Assembly (NCBI RefSeq): GCF_006345805.1
Contig: NC_043013.1
Location: 31,000,001-31,064,000, forward strand
DNA length: 64,000 nt
DNA from: Octopus sinensis
Taxonomy: Eukaryota
Direction of reading: 5' to 3'
Part shown: positions 51,046 through 62,595 of the stretch, piece after piece
Position numbering within the stretch: position 1 is the first letter of the stretch
Layout: every line of letters starts with the position of its first letter
The notes under the pieces: generated by a model
Told to the model about the DNA's origin: nothing
What the model saw: only the letters and a program-made list of their open reading frames with translations
Database searches by the model: none
Program-made: the position numbers and the translations under genes

Positions 51046-51281
51046 CCTTATTTCTTTACTGTCCACAAGGGGCTACAAACAGAAGGGAAAAACAAGGACA
51101 GACAAACTGATTTAGTCGATTATATCGACCCCAGTACATAACTGGTACTTATTTAATCGACCCCGAAAGGATGAAAGGCAAAGTCGACCTCGGCGGAATT
51201 TGAACTGAGAACGTAACGGCAGACGAAATACCGCTAAGAATTTCGCCCGGCATGCTAACGTTTCTGCCAGCTCACCGCCTT
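51046..51281 (-). mobile_element. SINE family B (tail type 1), full length, with 13-bp TSD
   Basis: Reverse complement begins AAGGCGGTGAGCTGGCAGAAACGTTAGCATG; TSD AAA(C/T)GCATATATT at 51033-51045 and 51282-51294. Confidence 0.92.
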
Positions 51282-54200
51282 AAATGCATATATTTCTTTT
51301 ATTCGTTATTGCCGACTTGCCATTGAAATTTGCTAGAAGCCAGTCCTTAGCAGCATTTTCACTTCTGGCGAAAGGAAAATGTTCCACTGCTTCTAATAAC
51401 TATAGAGTAAGTACACTGGTATACTGAGGTTGATGACGTGTATACATGTACTGAGGTTGAAACAATGGTCAACGGTCGTCTCATTGAATTGTATGATGAG
51501 CAAGAATTAAGTTTGACACTTAAATTTTTGAACTAGCTATCCTCCTCTCCTTCGGGTTCCATTTGAATAACTTTAAAATGAAGGGTAGTGAGTAATGTAA
51601 TGAATAATTACCTGGGTTTATTTTTTATCTAGATTCTTTAATCTGCTTTCATGAAGTTTATGGATTGAAATACTTGTATAATTCCACATATAATCGTATT
51701 TTTGGTATTAATTTATATGTTAAATAATTGAGTGGCACTTGTTTTCCCGATTCGCTATTTGTGTCTGTAAGATGCGTCATATCAGTTTCGTTTGCCCTTA
51801 AGTAATTGTATTAATAGTAATCATCTGTGTTCTCTGATTTCATTATCTGAATGTAACTTCATTTACTTCGCGTCTTCTCTTCGGCTAATTTGTCTAATCG
51901 CATAAATACTTTTTATAAAATTGTTGACTATGTATATAATGCTACCAGATTCTCCACTTTGTCGTTATCAATTGTAAATAATTTAATGTTATTTATATAG
52001 ATGAGATAGTTTCAAACATGTCTGTAATATAACAATTTGTAATGTGTTAATGCAGTCAGATTTAGATAGAAGACAGTTTGCAAAAGATTTTCCCAAGAAA
52101 GGTACACTTATCATGAAAATAAATATGTTCATTTTTATCTTAATGGTTGGCCTAAGGTAAACAGCAGCGAAAGACAAATACATTGGCCATATCAATTGCA
52201 ATTTAAGTCGGATTCCCTATATCACAAGCACCGAAGAAAAATAAACATTATCAGTAAACTACCAACAAGCTCAGCGCAGCGTAGCTGTAGCAAAGAAGGT
52301 TAAGAAAAGTAATTAACCAAATTCAGCTTAAATAACAACAACATTCTGACATGTTCATTACATGCCAGTATACTTCTGTATAATAGCTGTACCAGAGATT
52401 TGTTATCTTACATCACGCCCGAATGAATTTTCGTCTTTGAGAATTCAAGAAAATCAATAGCGGTTCAGTCCGCAATGAAAACCCCTCGGTCGTATCTCCT
52501 ACTGACATCACGTTGTATAACCAATGGTCTCCATTCAATGAGCTTCATTCAAAGCTCGTTATACTTGTTAGTGAATCTTTTGTCAGATTTGTTACATCAC
52601 AGTATGTTTCGATAAAGATTGCTAATCTATATTAAAACGAATTCTATATATAGATTGATGGTTAGAATTAGGGTCCAGCAATCTTGCTCAACCACTTCCT
52701 ATCTTAGCAAGACCTGCTCCAACCAAACGCACACCAACACTATGAGACCGACTCTAAATTCTAGTATCCTTGCTCACATAATGTAGCTTTATGACACGTG
52801 ACGTGTGTTACATATATACACACATACATCTTTAGGCAAAATTGCGCGATAAAGATGGAGCTTTTAGCGTCGCTAACTTGCAAGACATAGAACTGGCATC
52901 TCCCTCAAATTACAGCTCGTAAAATAATAATTTCGTAAATGATGTCATCTACTTTACGTGGATCATATTTCAATTTGGTAATAATTCGTATTAGTAATAA
53001 TTTTTTTGTAATAACGTGTAGGATAATAGAAGATCTCTAATAAAGTCATTTACGGTGATTAGATATACAAAATTAACATGAGCTGAATTGGTATTATGAT
53101 CTTTGTCGATCTGGGTACCATCTTTGACAGTCATGCGGTAGGGTACCGAAGCATTATAAACATAGCCATCAACATAATCATTCTTAATAAATGCATAACG
53201 AGAACCTATGAATATGCATTTACATAGCCAACCATCCGACTAGAAGTACCAACGAAAGTTTCTCAATAATATACACCTATGTAACTTTTAAAAGAGAGAC
53301 ACAATATATGGCTATACCAGAAACATACACACACAAGGTAAAACATGCCGATGTATGTACGTATGTTACCAGAAACATAGGAAAAGGGTGGAGCTATTTA
53401 ACCAAGTGGGTATCCACCGTGTATGGTTATCTAGTGGCAAATTTAATTAAGTAAAGTTTTCGAAGTATAGAATCTAATAATTTAGCACCAAATGCGATCG
53501 TGTGGTCAGAGTGGAAGCTGATCGAATCGCTAAGTAATTTCTGTATGGTTAGTTTGCACTTGGTGAAAGACCAAATTTAAAAACAAAATTAAGAATTAAC
53601 AGCTACATCAAGATTAGAACTAGGAAGGTAAAAATTTTGGAAAATAGAGGGGGAAATCTAGACGAAGATTCTTCTTCATAGAGGAATGCAGAAACTTATA
53701 GCAAGTGACAATTTGAACGAAATTGTATCAAGGGAGATGTTCGTATGGTTTAGATGTTAATTTGATGTTAAATTGTAATCAGAATGTTGGTGCTGAGCCC
53801 AATTCAACATGCTACTAGTGCGGGCGATTGTGTAAGTGAGGAAAGTTTTAAAAGTAATCAGAAAAGCTGCACGCACAAGGAAATTAATTATGCATTATAC
53901 GGCCCCTCTACCTATAGGCAGTAACGAAAAGACTGTGAGCCAGGACTGACTAATTATATATAGTTTTAGCGAAGCAGTATCGTAGCACCTACTTCATGGG
54001 GCACCCATCGTTGCCATATCTGTAGATAACAGCAAAATACCTAGCAGGCCTTACACTGCTCATATTCCAGAGAACACTCAAGTGATAGCAATATTCTAAA
54101 TGATATTGCAGTTATGTATTCATGTATGCACGTACGTGTGTATGTGTACGTGTGAGAGTTCTCGCGTGTGTGTGTGCGCGCGCTGGTGCTAGCAAGTGTA

Positions 54201-55265
54201 TCTAAATGAGATATTCGATGCCAGGTGGAAGGTGATATATATGCCAAAAATGACATTTCCCAATTTGTAAGTTGTAGATTCACGTCTCCAGATTTCAAAT
54301 GTGAAAATGTATGCTCATTAACCGCCAGTATAAATTCCATTTAACAAATTTATGAGAGATTCATAATGCTACGTATAAACATATATAAATATATATATCA
54401 TTTCTAAACAATAATATTATTGACAGTAACTTCGAAGCTTCTTTCAGCTAAGTCTGCGGCTGACTTCAAAAATATATATAGTACATGTAATACATATACA
54501 CACACGTTCACACATTTATATATGAAAGTATGTATATATGTAAGTCTGTATTTATGTTTGGATGGATGGATGGATGGATGGATGGATGGAAACTCTATAC
54601 TAGAATTAAATATGAAATGCGGAACAACTGCAGGCTCCACCATATACCGTTATGTTCTAGAATTATAGGTTTCCTCATTAGAGGAACTGCAAATTGTGTC
54701 TTATATGAATTTCATTGTGTTGATACACCGTAATTTCGAAATCAATAATATACAGAACAAACTTAGTATCAATAAGACAGATAGGCGCTATTTGCTGCTT
54801 TAACGATTTTAGAAGTGTGCTAGAATTACCCAATTTAACAAGAGAAGATGAATTTAAAATCAAATATCTTAATTTAGCTATTATATTAATCATAGGAATA
54901 AATACTTATCATTCACAACTCAAATAGATCTTTTATCCCCAAAATCCGTTATCATATTGGTATATAATAACAGAGAGAAACCATAGAATGGTACATAATC
55001 AGAGGTAACACGAAGGGACATTTTGAAAATTAAATCAAGGTATTATAAAGAAGTAATTAAATAAAGCTTCCACTCTACTATTTGGTTGGCATCGTTTACA
55101 AAGACTGAGAGCCTATTTAACGGTGTTTACTGACAAAAACATTTTTGAAATGAGTACAGCCATGGTAAAGAGCTGCTGGTGATACTAGCCTGGTAAATCA
55201 GATAATCATACAGCCGGAACTAATAGCGTAAATCGTAGTCAAACGCTCTAGCACCACCCGCTAAT

Positions 55266-55613
55266 GGAAGCACTCCGTCGGCTACGACGACGAGGGTTCC
55301 GGTTGATCCGATCAACGGAACAGCCTGCTCGTGAAATTAACGTGTAAGTGGCTGAGCACTCCACAGACATGTGTACCCTTAACGTAGTTCTCGGGGATAT
55401 TCAACGTGACACAGAGAGTGACAAGGCCGGCCCTTTGAAATACAGGTACAACAGAAACAGGAAATAAGAGTGAGAGAAAGTTGTGGTGAAAGAGTACAGC
55501 AGGGATCACCACCATCCCTGCCGGAGCCTCGTGGAGCTTTAGGTGTTTTCGCTCAATAAACACTCACAACGCCCGGTCTGGGAATCGAAACCGCTCGGCC
55601 ATTGCGCCTCCAA
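55266..55613 (-). mobile_element. tRNA-derived SINE family D with perfect 13-bp TSD
   Basis: TSD ACCACCCGCTAAT at 55253-55265 and 55614-55626; head GGAGGCGCAATGGCCGAGCGGTTTCGATTCCCAG. Confidence 0.88.
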
Positions 55614-55744
55614 ACCACCCGCTAATACATATGTTTGGTATAGTGTTCAATTTACAGACTTATTTTATTTCGAAGTGTCTGTTCGGTTCACTTCTGTTTA
55701 TATCACCCACATACGCCTCATCCACATAAACCTTTTACTTCATT

Positions 55745-56640
55745 TTCTTCTTCTTCTTCTTCTTCTTCTTCTTCTTCTTCTTCTTCTTCTTCTTCTTCTT
55801 CTTCTTCTTCTTTCTTCTTCTTCTTCTTCTTCTCCTCCTCCTCCTCCTTTTTACATACATACATAATACATGCATACATACATACATATATACATACATT
55901 CTTGTCTTTCTTCGTTGTCTTCTTCTTCATTTTCTCTTTCCTCTCATCATTATCATCAGCATCATCATCATCAGCAGCAGCAGCAGCAACCTTCTCCTCC
56001 TTCCCTCCTCCTTCTTGTTCTCCTTTCTTGCTTCTTCTGTTTCTTCTTTTCTTCCTCTTCTTCTTACATACATACATACATACATGGAGTGAGATGCAAA
56101 CACGCGCATATCCTTCTATCAGGTCGGACAGGTGCTTAACAGCAGCAAGCAACAACAACAGAATGAATGCATCCCACATGAATCGGAATATGATTTGATT
56201 AATCATCGTTAATAAATGGCGGTGGTCCCATCTGCAAAATCCGTGAAGATAATTGCAGGAGCAATAATAATTACAAACGGTCAATGTAATAACAATTATG
56301 AAAGAAACATCCGCAACAATAACAATATGAGAAACCCTACTTAAAGCAACAACTACTATAACAAGAAAAACAACAGGTAGACAGAGAATTAGGGACAGTA
56401 ATGGAAATGCGGTCGTTGATATCGTTATCACTTCTTCTTCTTCGTTCTTCTTCTTCTTCATTTTCTTCTTCGTTCTTCTTGTTCTTGTCCTTGCTCTTCT
56501 TCTCTTTTGCTCTTCATCTTGTACCTCTTCGCTCTTCTCCTTTTTCACTCTTCTTATTCGCTCTTCTTTTTCTTCTTCTTCTTCCCCTTCTTCTTCCTCT
56601 TCTACTCCACCTCCTCATCCTTCTTTGTCTCATTCTCCTC
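55745..56640. repeat. (CTT)n, (CAT)n, (CAG)n, (TACA)n low-complexity block
   Basis: Directly visible. Confidence 0.9.
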
Positions 56641-57093
56641 CTAATTGATATGTCCTATGATCAAAAGCGTCCCAACGATCAAAGTCTTATCTTTTAATGA
56701 TATCAGTGATTGAATAAAAACACACTGTGCGTATTTTAATAAGGTAAAATGTGATGTGAAGTATATTTGCTCGCTATTTCTAGGAGATCAGCTGACCTCA
56801 ATGCTGTTTTTATTTTTCGGTGACTCAGAACATTCGCGTTCTGCGTTTTTTCTAACGGTTGTATTAGTTTTTGAATTTGTTGCAATTTGCTCGGAACGGT
56901 ACTGTGACCGAAGTGGGGGATGGAGAAATGTAATTATCGTGAGAGGGTGATTGTTTTGTGTAAAGTGATGGTGGCAGCAATAGTAGCCGTAAAGGAATTA
57001 GATCATTTATATTGTTTCCTCTCGTTAGATCAGATTTTCCACTAGAACAGGTGAGAATTTACATAAAGTATGGTGAGAAAGAAATGGAAAAAA

Positions 57094-57363
57094 TCATCAT
57101 CATCATTGTTCGACCGTGGTCGAGACTTTCATAGTCTTTTCAAATGGCTAATAATGTGTGCGCGCGCCACTACTACACACATTGGAAAGCATTGTACAAC
57201 CAAGTACTAAAGAAGATCTTTCCTCCTCCATGAAACAAAGCTGTTCCCGCTGGACGTCAACCCAGTATTTCTAAGCTACGGACCGAGTGATTTATTGTAA
57301 GGTTATCTCCCTAGATAGATTGCCTTCACTACGACTAAGGAGCCCTTTCTACCCCCTTGGGGA
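57094..57363 (-). mobile_element. Short non-autonomous element ending in the RTE 3' terminus
   Basis: 57094-57126 is the exact reverse complement of 11278-11310. The rest of the element is non-coding. The 5' boundary is uncertain. Confidence 0.65.
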
Positions 57364-57754
57364 AAAATGGTGAAATGTATACAGAAGGTAACTGGTATTA
57401 TGAATGATGCAGCCTTCCTTATACCCGCCAGGTCCAGGATTATCCTGACCGCCAAATGCAGAGTCTTCACTGGAAGGTGGCATTTCTTTCTACGCCCACC
57501 CTTTGCTTTCCGAGTGGAACTTTGAAAAGTCGATGAGAGCTTGACTGAAGAGGAAAATGTCTTTCCTCAATCTTTGCAGCCTCGCTCAGCATACAACCTC
57601 TTTTTGCTCTGCCCACGAGAGAGAGGTAGAGGAACATTGCTTCCCTCCCTTGTTAAATGTGCGTGGTAGTTCAATGCTCACGTTGAGTTCAACGAATAGT
57701 CGGGTTCGTCTCGCGTGCGATCATCGCTGAATAATACAGATAATAAAAACGACT

Positions 57755-59279
57755 AAGAAGAAGAAGGAGGAGGAGAAGAAGAAGAAGAAGAAGAAGAAGA
57801 AGAAGAAGAAGAAGAAGAAGAAGGTGATGATGAGGAATAAGAAGATGTATAATAAGGTGAATAATAATAATAAAATAATAATAATAATAAGATTAATATT
57901 AATAATGATTATAATAATAATAACAATAAGAAAAGGGGGAGAAGAAGAAGGAGAAGAAGAACAACAACAACAAAACTGGAACACATTTCACCATATGTCA
58001 GCTCGATCAGAATTGACCTGGGTCAAAGCAGTAGCGACGCGCAACAACAACAACAACAACCAGAATAAGCACAATAACTGCAACCGAGGCAACAACAGCA
58101 GTAACGGCAATCAATAGCAAAAACGTTAACAAAAGTAGGAAAAAGTAAGCCATAAATTACACGTCTGACAATTCGAATGACACTTTGTATGATCGTTTCA
58201 ATGCTAGAAATAGCAGCCGAATTTCCTCCAGTCACACTATAGTATCTTATAAAATGTAGACCTTCACAGCATTCCGCCCTAGATGCAAGACGTGCACAGA
58301 AAAGAGAAACCAAAAACACAGGAAAAACAAATACGGCAGAGCAAACAATTGCAATTGCGTTTGCGGCCATCAAGGAACCTATTTTACTGTCAGGAGACAT
58401 ATTAGAAATAGCAGTCAAAATTAACTCACATCACATCTCGCTATTTTGCCACTTAAGTACAAAACAAAAAAAAATGAGAAAGAGGAAATAAAACGTGACA
58501 TGAAATATGAAGCGCATCATATATAATATTGTTAGAGATGAATTAGGGGAGATGGCCACTGCTAGAAGGCCTCAATGAAATCTAACGTGTTGGGGGAGCT
58601 AAGCGTTAACGGCCATCGCTATTACTACAACAACAACGTCTGCTGCTGCTGCTGCTGATGATGATAATGATGATGAGGCTGAAGAGGATGCTGCTACTGC
58701 TGCTGTACCATTTGTTACTGCGAAGAGGACAACAGCGGCAATAAAAGGCTAAAACAATGCACAGCTGCAGTAAGAGATGTCCTGTCAGAGAGACCGGCAG
58801 TGGCAACAGGAGCGCATCACCAGCAACGTCAAATTCCCCACCATCCACAAAGCCACGAACACTTGGTGCTGCTGCTATGACAAGCACTGCTTGCTGCTGC
58901 TGCTGCTGCTGCTGCTGCTTGCTGTTACTGCTGCTGATGCTATCTGCTGCTGCTGCTGCATCGACGATCATTGAACAATACGACGAGAATAAGAAAGCGT
59001 CTACCGTGGCCTGCAGCGCACCCAGCTTGAAATAGAAAGTAAATCTGACCCTCCCCGCTTTCGTATCATTACTTGAAATATTTAAAATCTCCAGAGCACA
59101 GACAGCACTGCAGGTTGAATGGTAGACTGCTTGTTAAAGCTGGTATTAAGTCATTGGTCATAAAACTTTGCTCGATTTACTCTTAAACAAAAGCAACAAC
59201 GGGAACAATGAGAGGAAGATTAAAAGAATAAGAGGAGGAAGAAGACAAAGAAAACAAGGCGAAAAATTATTATTATTAT

Positions 59280-59323
<44 letters not shown>

Positions 59324-59790
59324 ATAGTAGTAGTATAGTAGTAGTAGTATAGTAGTAGTAATAGTAGTAGTAGTAGTAGTAGTAGGTGGTGACGGTGACG
59401 GTGGTGGTAGTAGTGGTTCCGCTGATCGTGGAGGCAGCTGTGATAGTGTGGCGGCGGGGAAAGCGGTGGAACCGGTGGAATCGGCGGCGGCGGTCACGGT
59501 GGCGGCGGTAGTACTGGTGGTGGTGGTCGTTGTCGTCGTGGTCATCGTCGTGGTAGTGGTGGTGGTGGTGGTGGTGTCGGCGCCGGCAAAGTTGGAGGTT
59601 GCAGAAAAAGAAGAACAATAACAGAAGATAAAGAAGAAGAAGAAGAAGGGAAATGATAATAATAATGATAATAATAATAAGAAGATATGAACATAATGAT
59701 GTAATGATAAATAAAACAAAAGATTGACGATGATTACGATGTTGATGAGGATGATGAAGATGATGGCGGGAACGGCGACGACGATGATCG

Positions 59791-59828
<38 letters not shown>

Positions 59829-59830
59829 TG
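57755..59830. repeat. Cluster of trinucleotide microsatellites (AAG, AAT, AAC, GCT, AGT, GGT, GAT) separated by unique spacers
   Basis: Directly visible. Confidence 0.9.
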
Positions 59831-59969
59831 AAGATGTGATGACTGAGATAAAGATTTCCGTGTTTACTTCTGAAGCATTACATCACAGGCAAATAAACAA
59901 TCGATTAGCTGCTGTATCGATTTCAGAAAATTAACAAAGATATAGAAATATTTTAAAATTCTAAGTACA

Positions 59970-60183
59970 AACACACACACACATATAATGTATAGCACAC
60001 AAGCAAGCGAACACAAGCACACATATACACTCACACACACACTGGCACGGACTCAAGCATACACTCATATAGACATGTGTGTGTGTATATGCATTATATA
60101 TGCACACACACACACGCACACACAAATACATACATACGTATATATATATACATATATAATTTTAATCCAAAAGGGAAACAAAA

Positions 60184-60225
<42 letters not shown>

Positions 60226-60344
60226 GTTTGTATGTATCTATATACGTCTATCTGCGTGACCGCATATGCATGTTTGAATACAGACACATACACACACATA
60301 TGTGTGTATGTATAAATATATATATATATGTATGTATATATATG

Positions 60345-60377
<33 letters not shown>

Positions 60378-60596
60378 GTATGTATGTATGTATATATATA
60401 TATGTATGTATATATATATATGTATGTATGTATGTATGTATATATGTATGTATATATGTATGTATATGTATATATGTATATATATATACATATATATATA
60501 AATATATACACACTCAGATAAATATGTATAGATACATATCGGTCTATAAATACGTCTATGTATATACATATTTATCTACATGCAGAGATATATTCA

Positions 60597-60664
<68 letters not shown>

Positions 60665-60810
60665 TGCATGTATGGATGCCTATCGGCATACATACATTTA
60701 TTCATGTATTCTACACGCACACGGAAACAAATGCATGCATACAAACGAACACACGCACACACGCGGAGATATACACGAACACAAACATCTGGATATGCGT
60801 ATGTGTAAGC
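59970..60810. repeat. (CA)/(TA)/(TATG)/(TC) microsatellite block
   Basis: Directly visible. Confidence 0.9.
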
Positions 60811-61060
60811 ATACCCAATCCAATGTATGCTTAAGTGTGAATCCGTGTGGTTTTGAGTGTGTATGTGTGTGCTATCATATGAGCAGACTGCTGCAGCTCT
60901 GATCCGAAGTAAAACGTAAGAATCACATCCAGCTGACCGTTAAGATTTCTAGTAATCACAGCTTAATACAGATTTTCGTAAGGGCTAAAACTCTATACAT
61001 GTAACGTAATTCTTGTACATACAAAAAAAAAATACAATTAAACTACTAAATACACGCACG

Positions 61061-61093
<33 letters not shown>

Positions 61094-61104
61094 TCACACA
61101 CACA

Positions 61105-61331
61105 TATGAGTGGTTGCGAATGAAAAGTTCTTGGCTTTGGGCAAAAGAAAATACAGGAGGTTCGTTTAATTATGATTTTGTTCAAATATCTTCCCCTCTT
61201 ACATTCGCACGCTTATTGCAGCGGTCCTTCAATTTTTGTAAGCTCTATAAACAGAACTCGGAAGGCTGGGCCTCCAAACAGGCATTTCACAGCACCCCTA
61301 AAGCCAGGAACTTTTTATTACCCCTCTTGTA
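61105..61331. mobile_element. Mariner-type MITE (~225 bp)
   Basis: Imperfect TIRs: TATGAG..TGAAAAGTTCTTGGCTTTGGG and CCCTAAAGCCAGGAACTTTTTATTACCCCTC..TA. A partial second copy lies at 45.2 kb. Confidence 0.8.
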
Positions 61332-62205
61332 TATCTATATATATATATATATATATATGCTTGCATGTGTACATGTGCTTGTCGTGTATATACATATGTA
61401 TATATATATATATATATGCTTGCATGTATACACGTTCTTGTCGTGTATATATATATATATATTGAGTTCTTCTAACTCTTTTTTCTACCAATACTGGTGT
61501 CTATTAGTGCCCATTTTCACTTTAGCGGTGTATATAATAATGCCTAGGTGGCAAAATTGCGAATTAGCCTCTTATATTATTGGTGTGTGTGTGTGGGGGA
61601 GGTATGTGTGTGTCTGTCTGTCTGTCTGTCTGTCAACTTAAATTTTTTGACTTTTAACAACCGTTGAATTCCCTAGAAACCACCCCCAAAATGGCTGACC
61701 ACCTACTAACCTCCTCATATTTGTGTGTATACAGTAGCAATTATGCTTCTTCATATGAATCTGAACAAATAGTTGGAAAGAAAAGGGTAAAATGTAGAAT
61801 AATTGTTATAACTACAAGGTCTGTGGCTGGATGGGTGTAAATTTGTTACTGTTTAACCCAGATAAGATCGTATCGAAACGATTTTATGATCGCAAGCGTT
61901 TCGACTGCAATCTACCCATCTTTATTTGTATCCGGGAAGTTGTCGCTACGATTAATGGATTGATGACAACTGATAAAAATGTTTTGTGATTTAGATGAAA
62001 GAATCAATAATTTCTATACTATACTGATTTCCTTCTTTCTTCCAGCAACGCTATGATTATATCAGGTTGATCCAAGCTCTATTGCATTCTTTATTAGTGG
62101 GGACCACTTTCGCCTAATGTAAGATTTGGGTTGTCTGATAACTTGGGAGAAGAGCTTAGTTGATGGAATTTGAAGAAGACGGTTGCATGATTATATTTTT
62201 TAACA

Positions 62206-62252
62206 TGTTTCAGTCATTTGTCGAGGCCATACTCGAGCGCCGCCTTTTAGTT
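62206..62252 (-). mobile_element. SINE family A 3' fragment
   Basis: tgtttcagtcatttg..ggccat..gagcgccgccttttagttgaagaaattgaccccaggac. Confidence 0.7.
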
Positions 62253-62272
62253 GAAGAAATTGACCCCAGGAC

Positions 62273-62326
<54 letters not shown>

Positions 62327-62362
62327 GTGTGTGTGTTTTGAATATATATATACATATATATT

Positions 62363-62575
62363 CGAAATGTGACCGCGTATGTACCGTTGGCGATTTTTTC
62401 CCTCCATCTTCCCTTCCTCGGATCTTTCCTTTTCCTATGTTTCTGACGAAGAGCTCCACTCGAAACGTTAAATCCTGCTTCTTTCTTTCCTTTCCTGAGC
62501 GTCCAATAACACTACATTTGTTTCACGTCCTCGCGTTGTTGTGTTTTCTCTTAGTGTTTTCATGTTTGGATTAAC
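62363..62575 (+). mobile_element. Short Penelope-pLTR/retrozyme-like element within (TA)n
   Basis: GC-richer ~210-bp island between two TA tracts. Contains a hammerhead core and shares TTCCTGAGCG and other motifs with 49369-49655. Confidence 0.6.
62439..62473 (+). ncRNA. Putative minimal type I hammerhead ribozyme
   Basis: GTTT-CTGACGA-A-GAG-CTCCA-CTC-GAAA-CGTT-AAAT: CUGANGA and GAAA core, short stem II, palindromic AACGTT stem III, and stem I GUUU/AAAU. Confidence 0.55.
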
Positions 62576-62595
62576 TATATATATATACATATATG

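Noticed and set aside
52070-52300. Open plus-strand stretch (KTVCKRFSQERYTYHENKYVHFYLNGWPKV...) between AG and GT
   Set aside because: No recognisable homology and weak splice signals.
55718-56697. 276-aa minus ORF and overlapping ORFs with poly-E/K/L tracts
   Set aside because: Dominated by (CTT)n and other simple repeats, and open in several frames on both strands.
58014-58025. TGACCT-GGGTCA everted nuclear-receptor half-site pair
   Set aside because: The surrounding sequence loosely matches, in reverse complement, the stretch at about 61848-61890, suggesting an old dispersed repeat; a single 12-mer is not evidence of function.
58023-58418. 131-aa hydrophobic minus-strand ORF
   Set aside because: Overlaps two copies of a TAGAAATAGCAG..AA..T..TCACA motif (about 58205 and 58403) and an (AAC)n tract; no domain recognised.
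58606-59719. Poly-Q/A/H/T ORFs resembling low-complexity transcription-factor regions
   Set aside because: Open on both strands because of trinucleotide repeats, with no DNA-binding or other domain attached.
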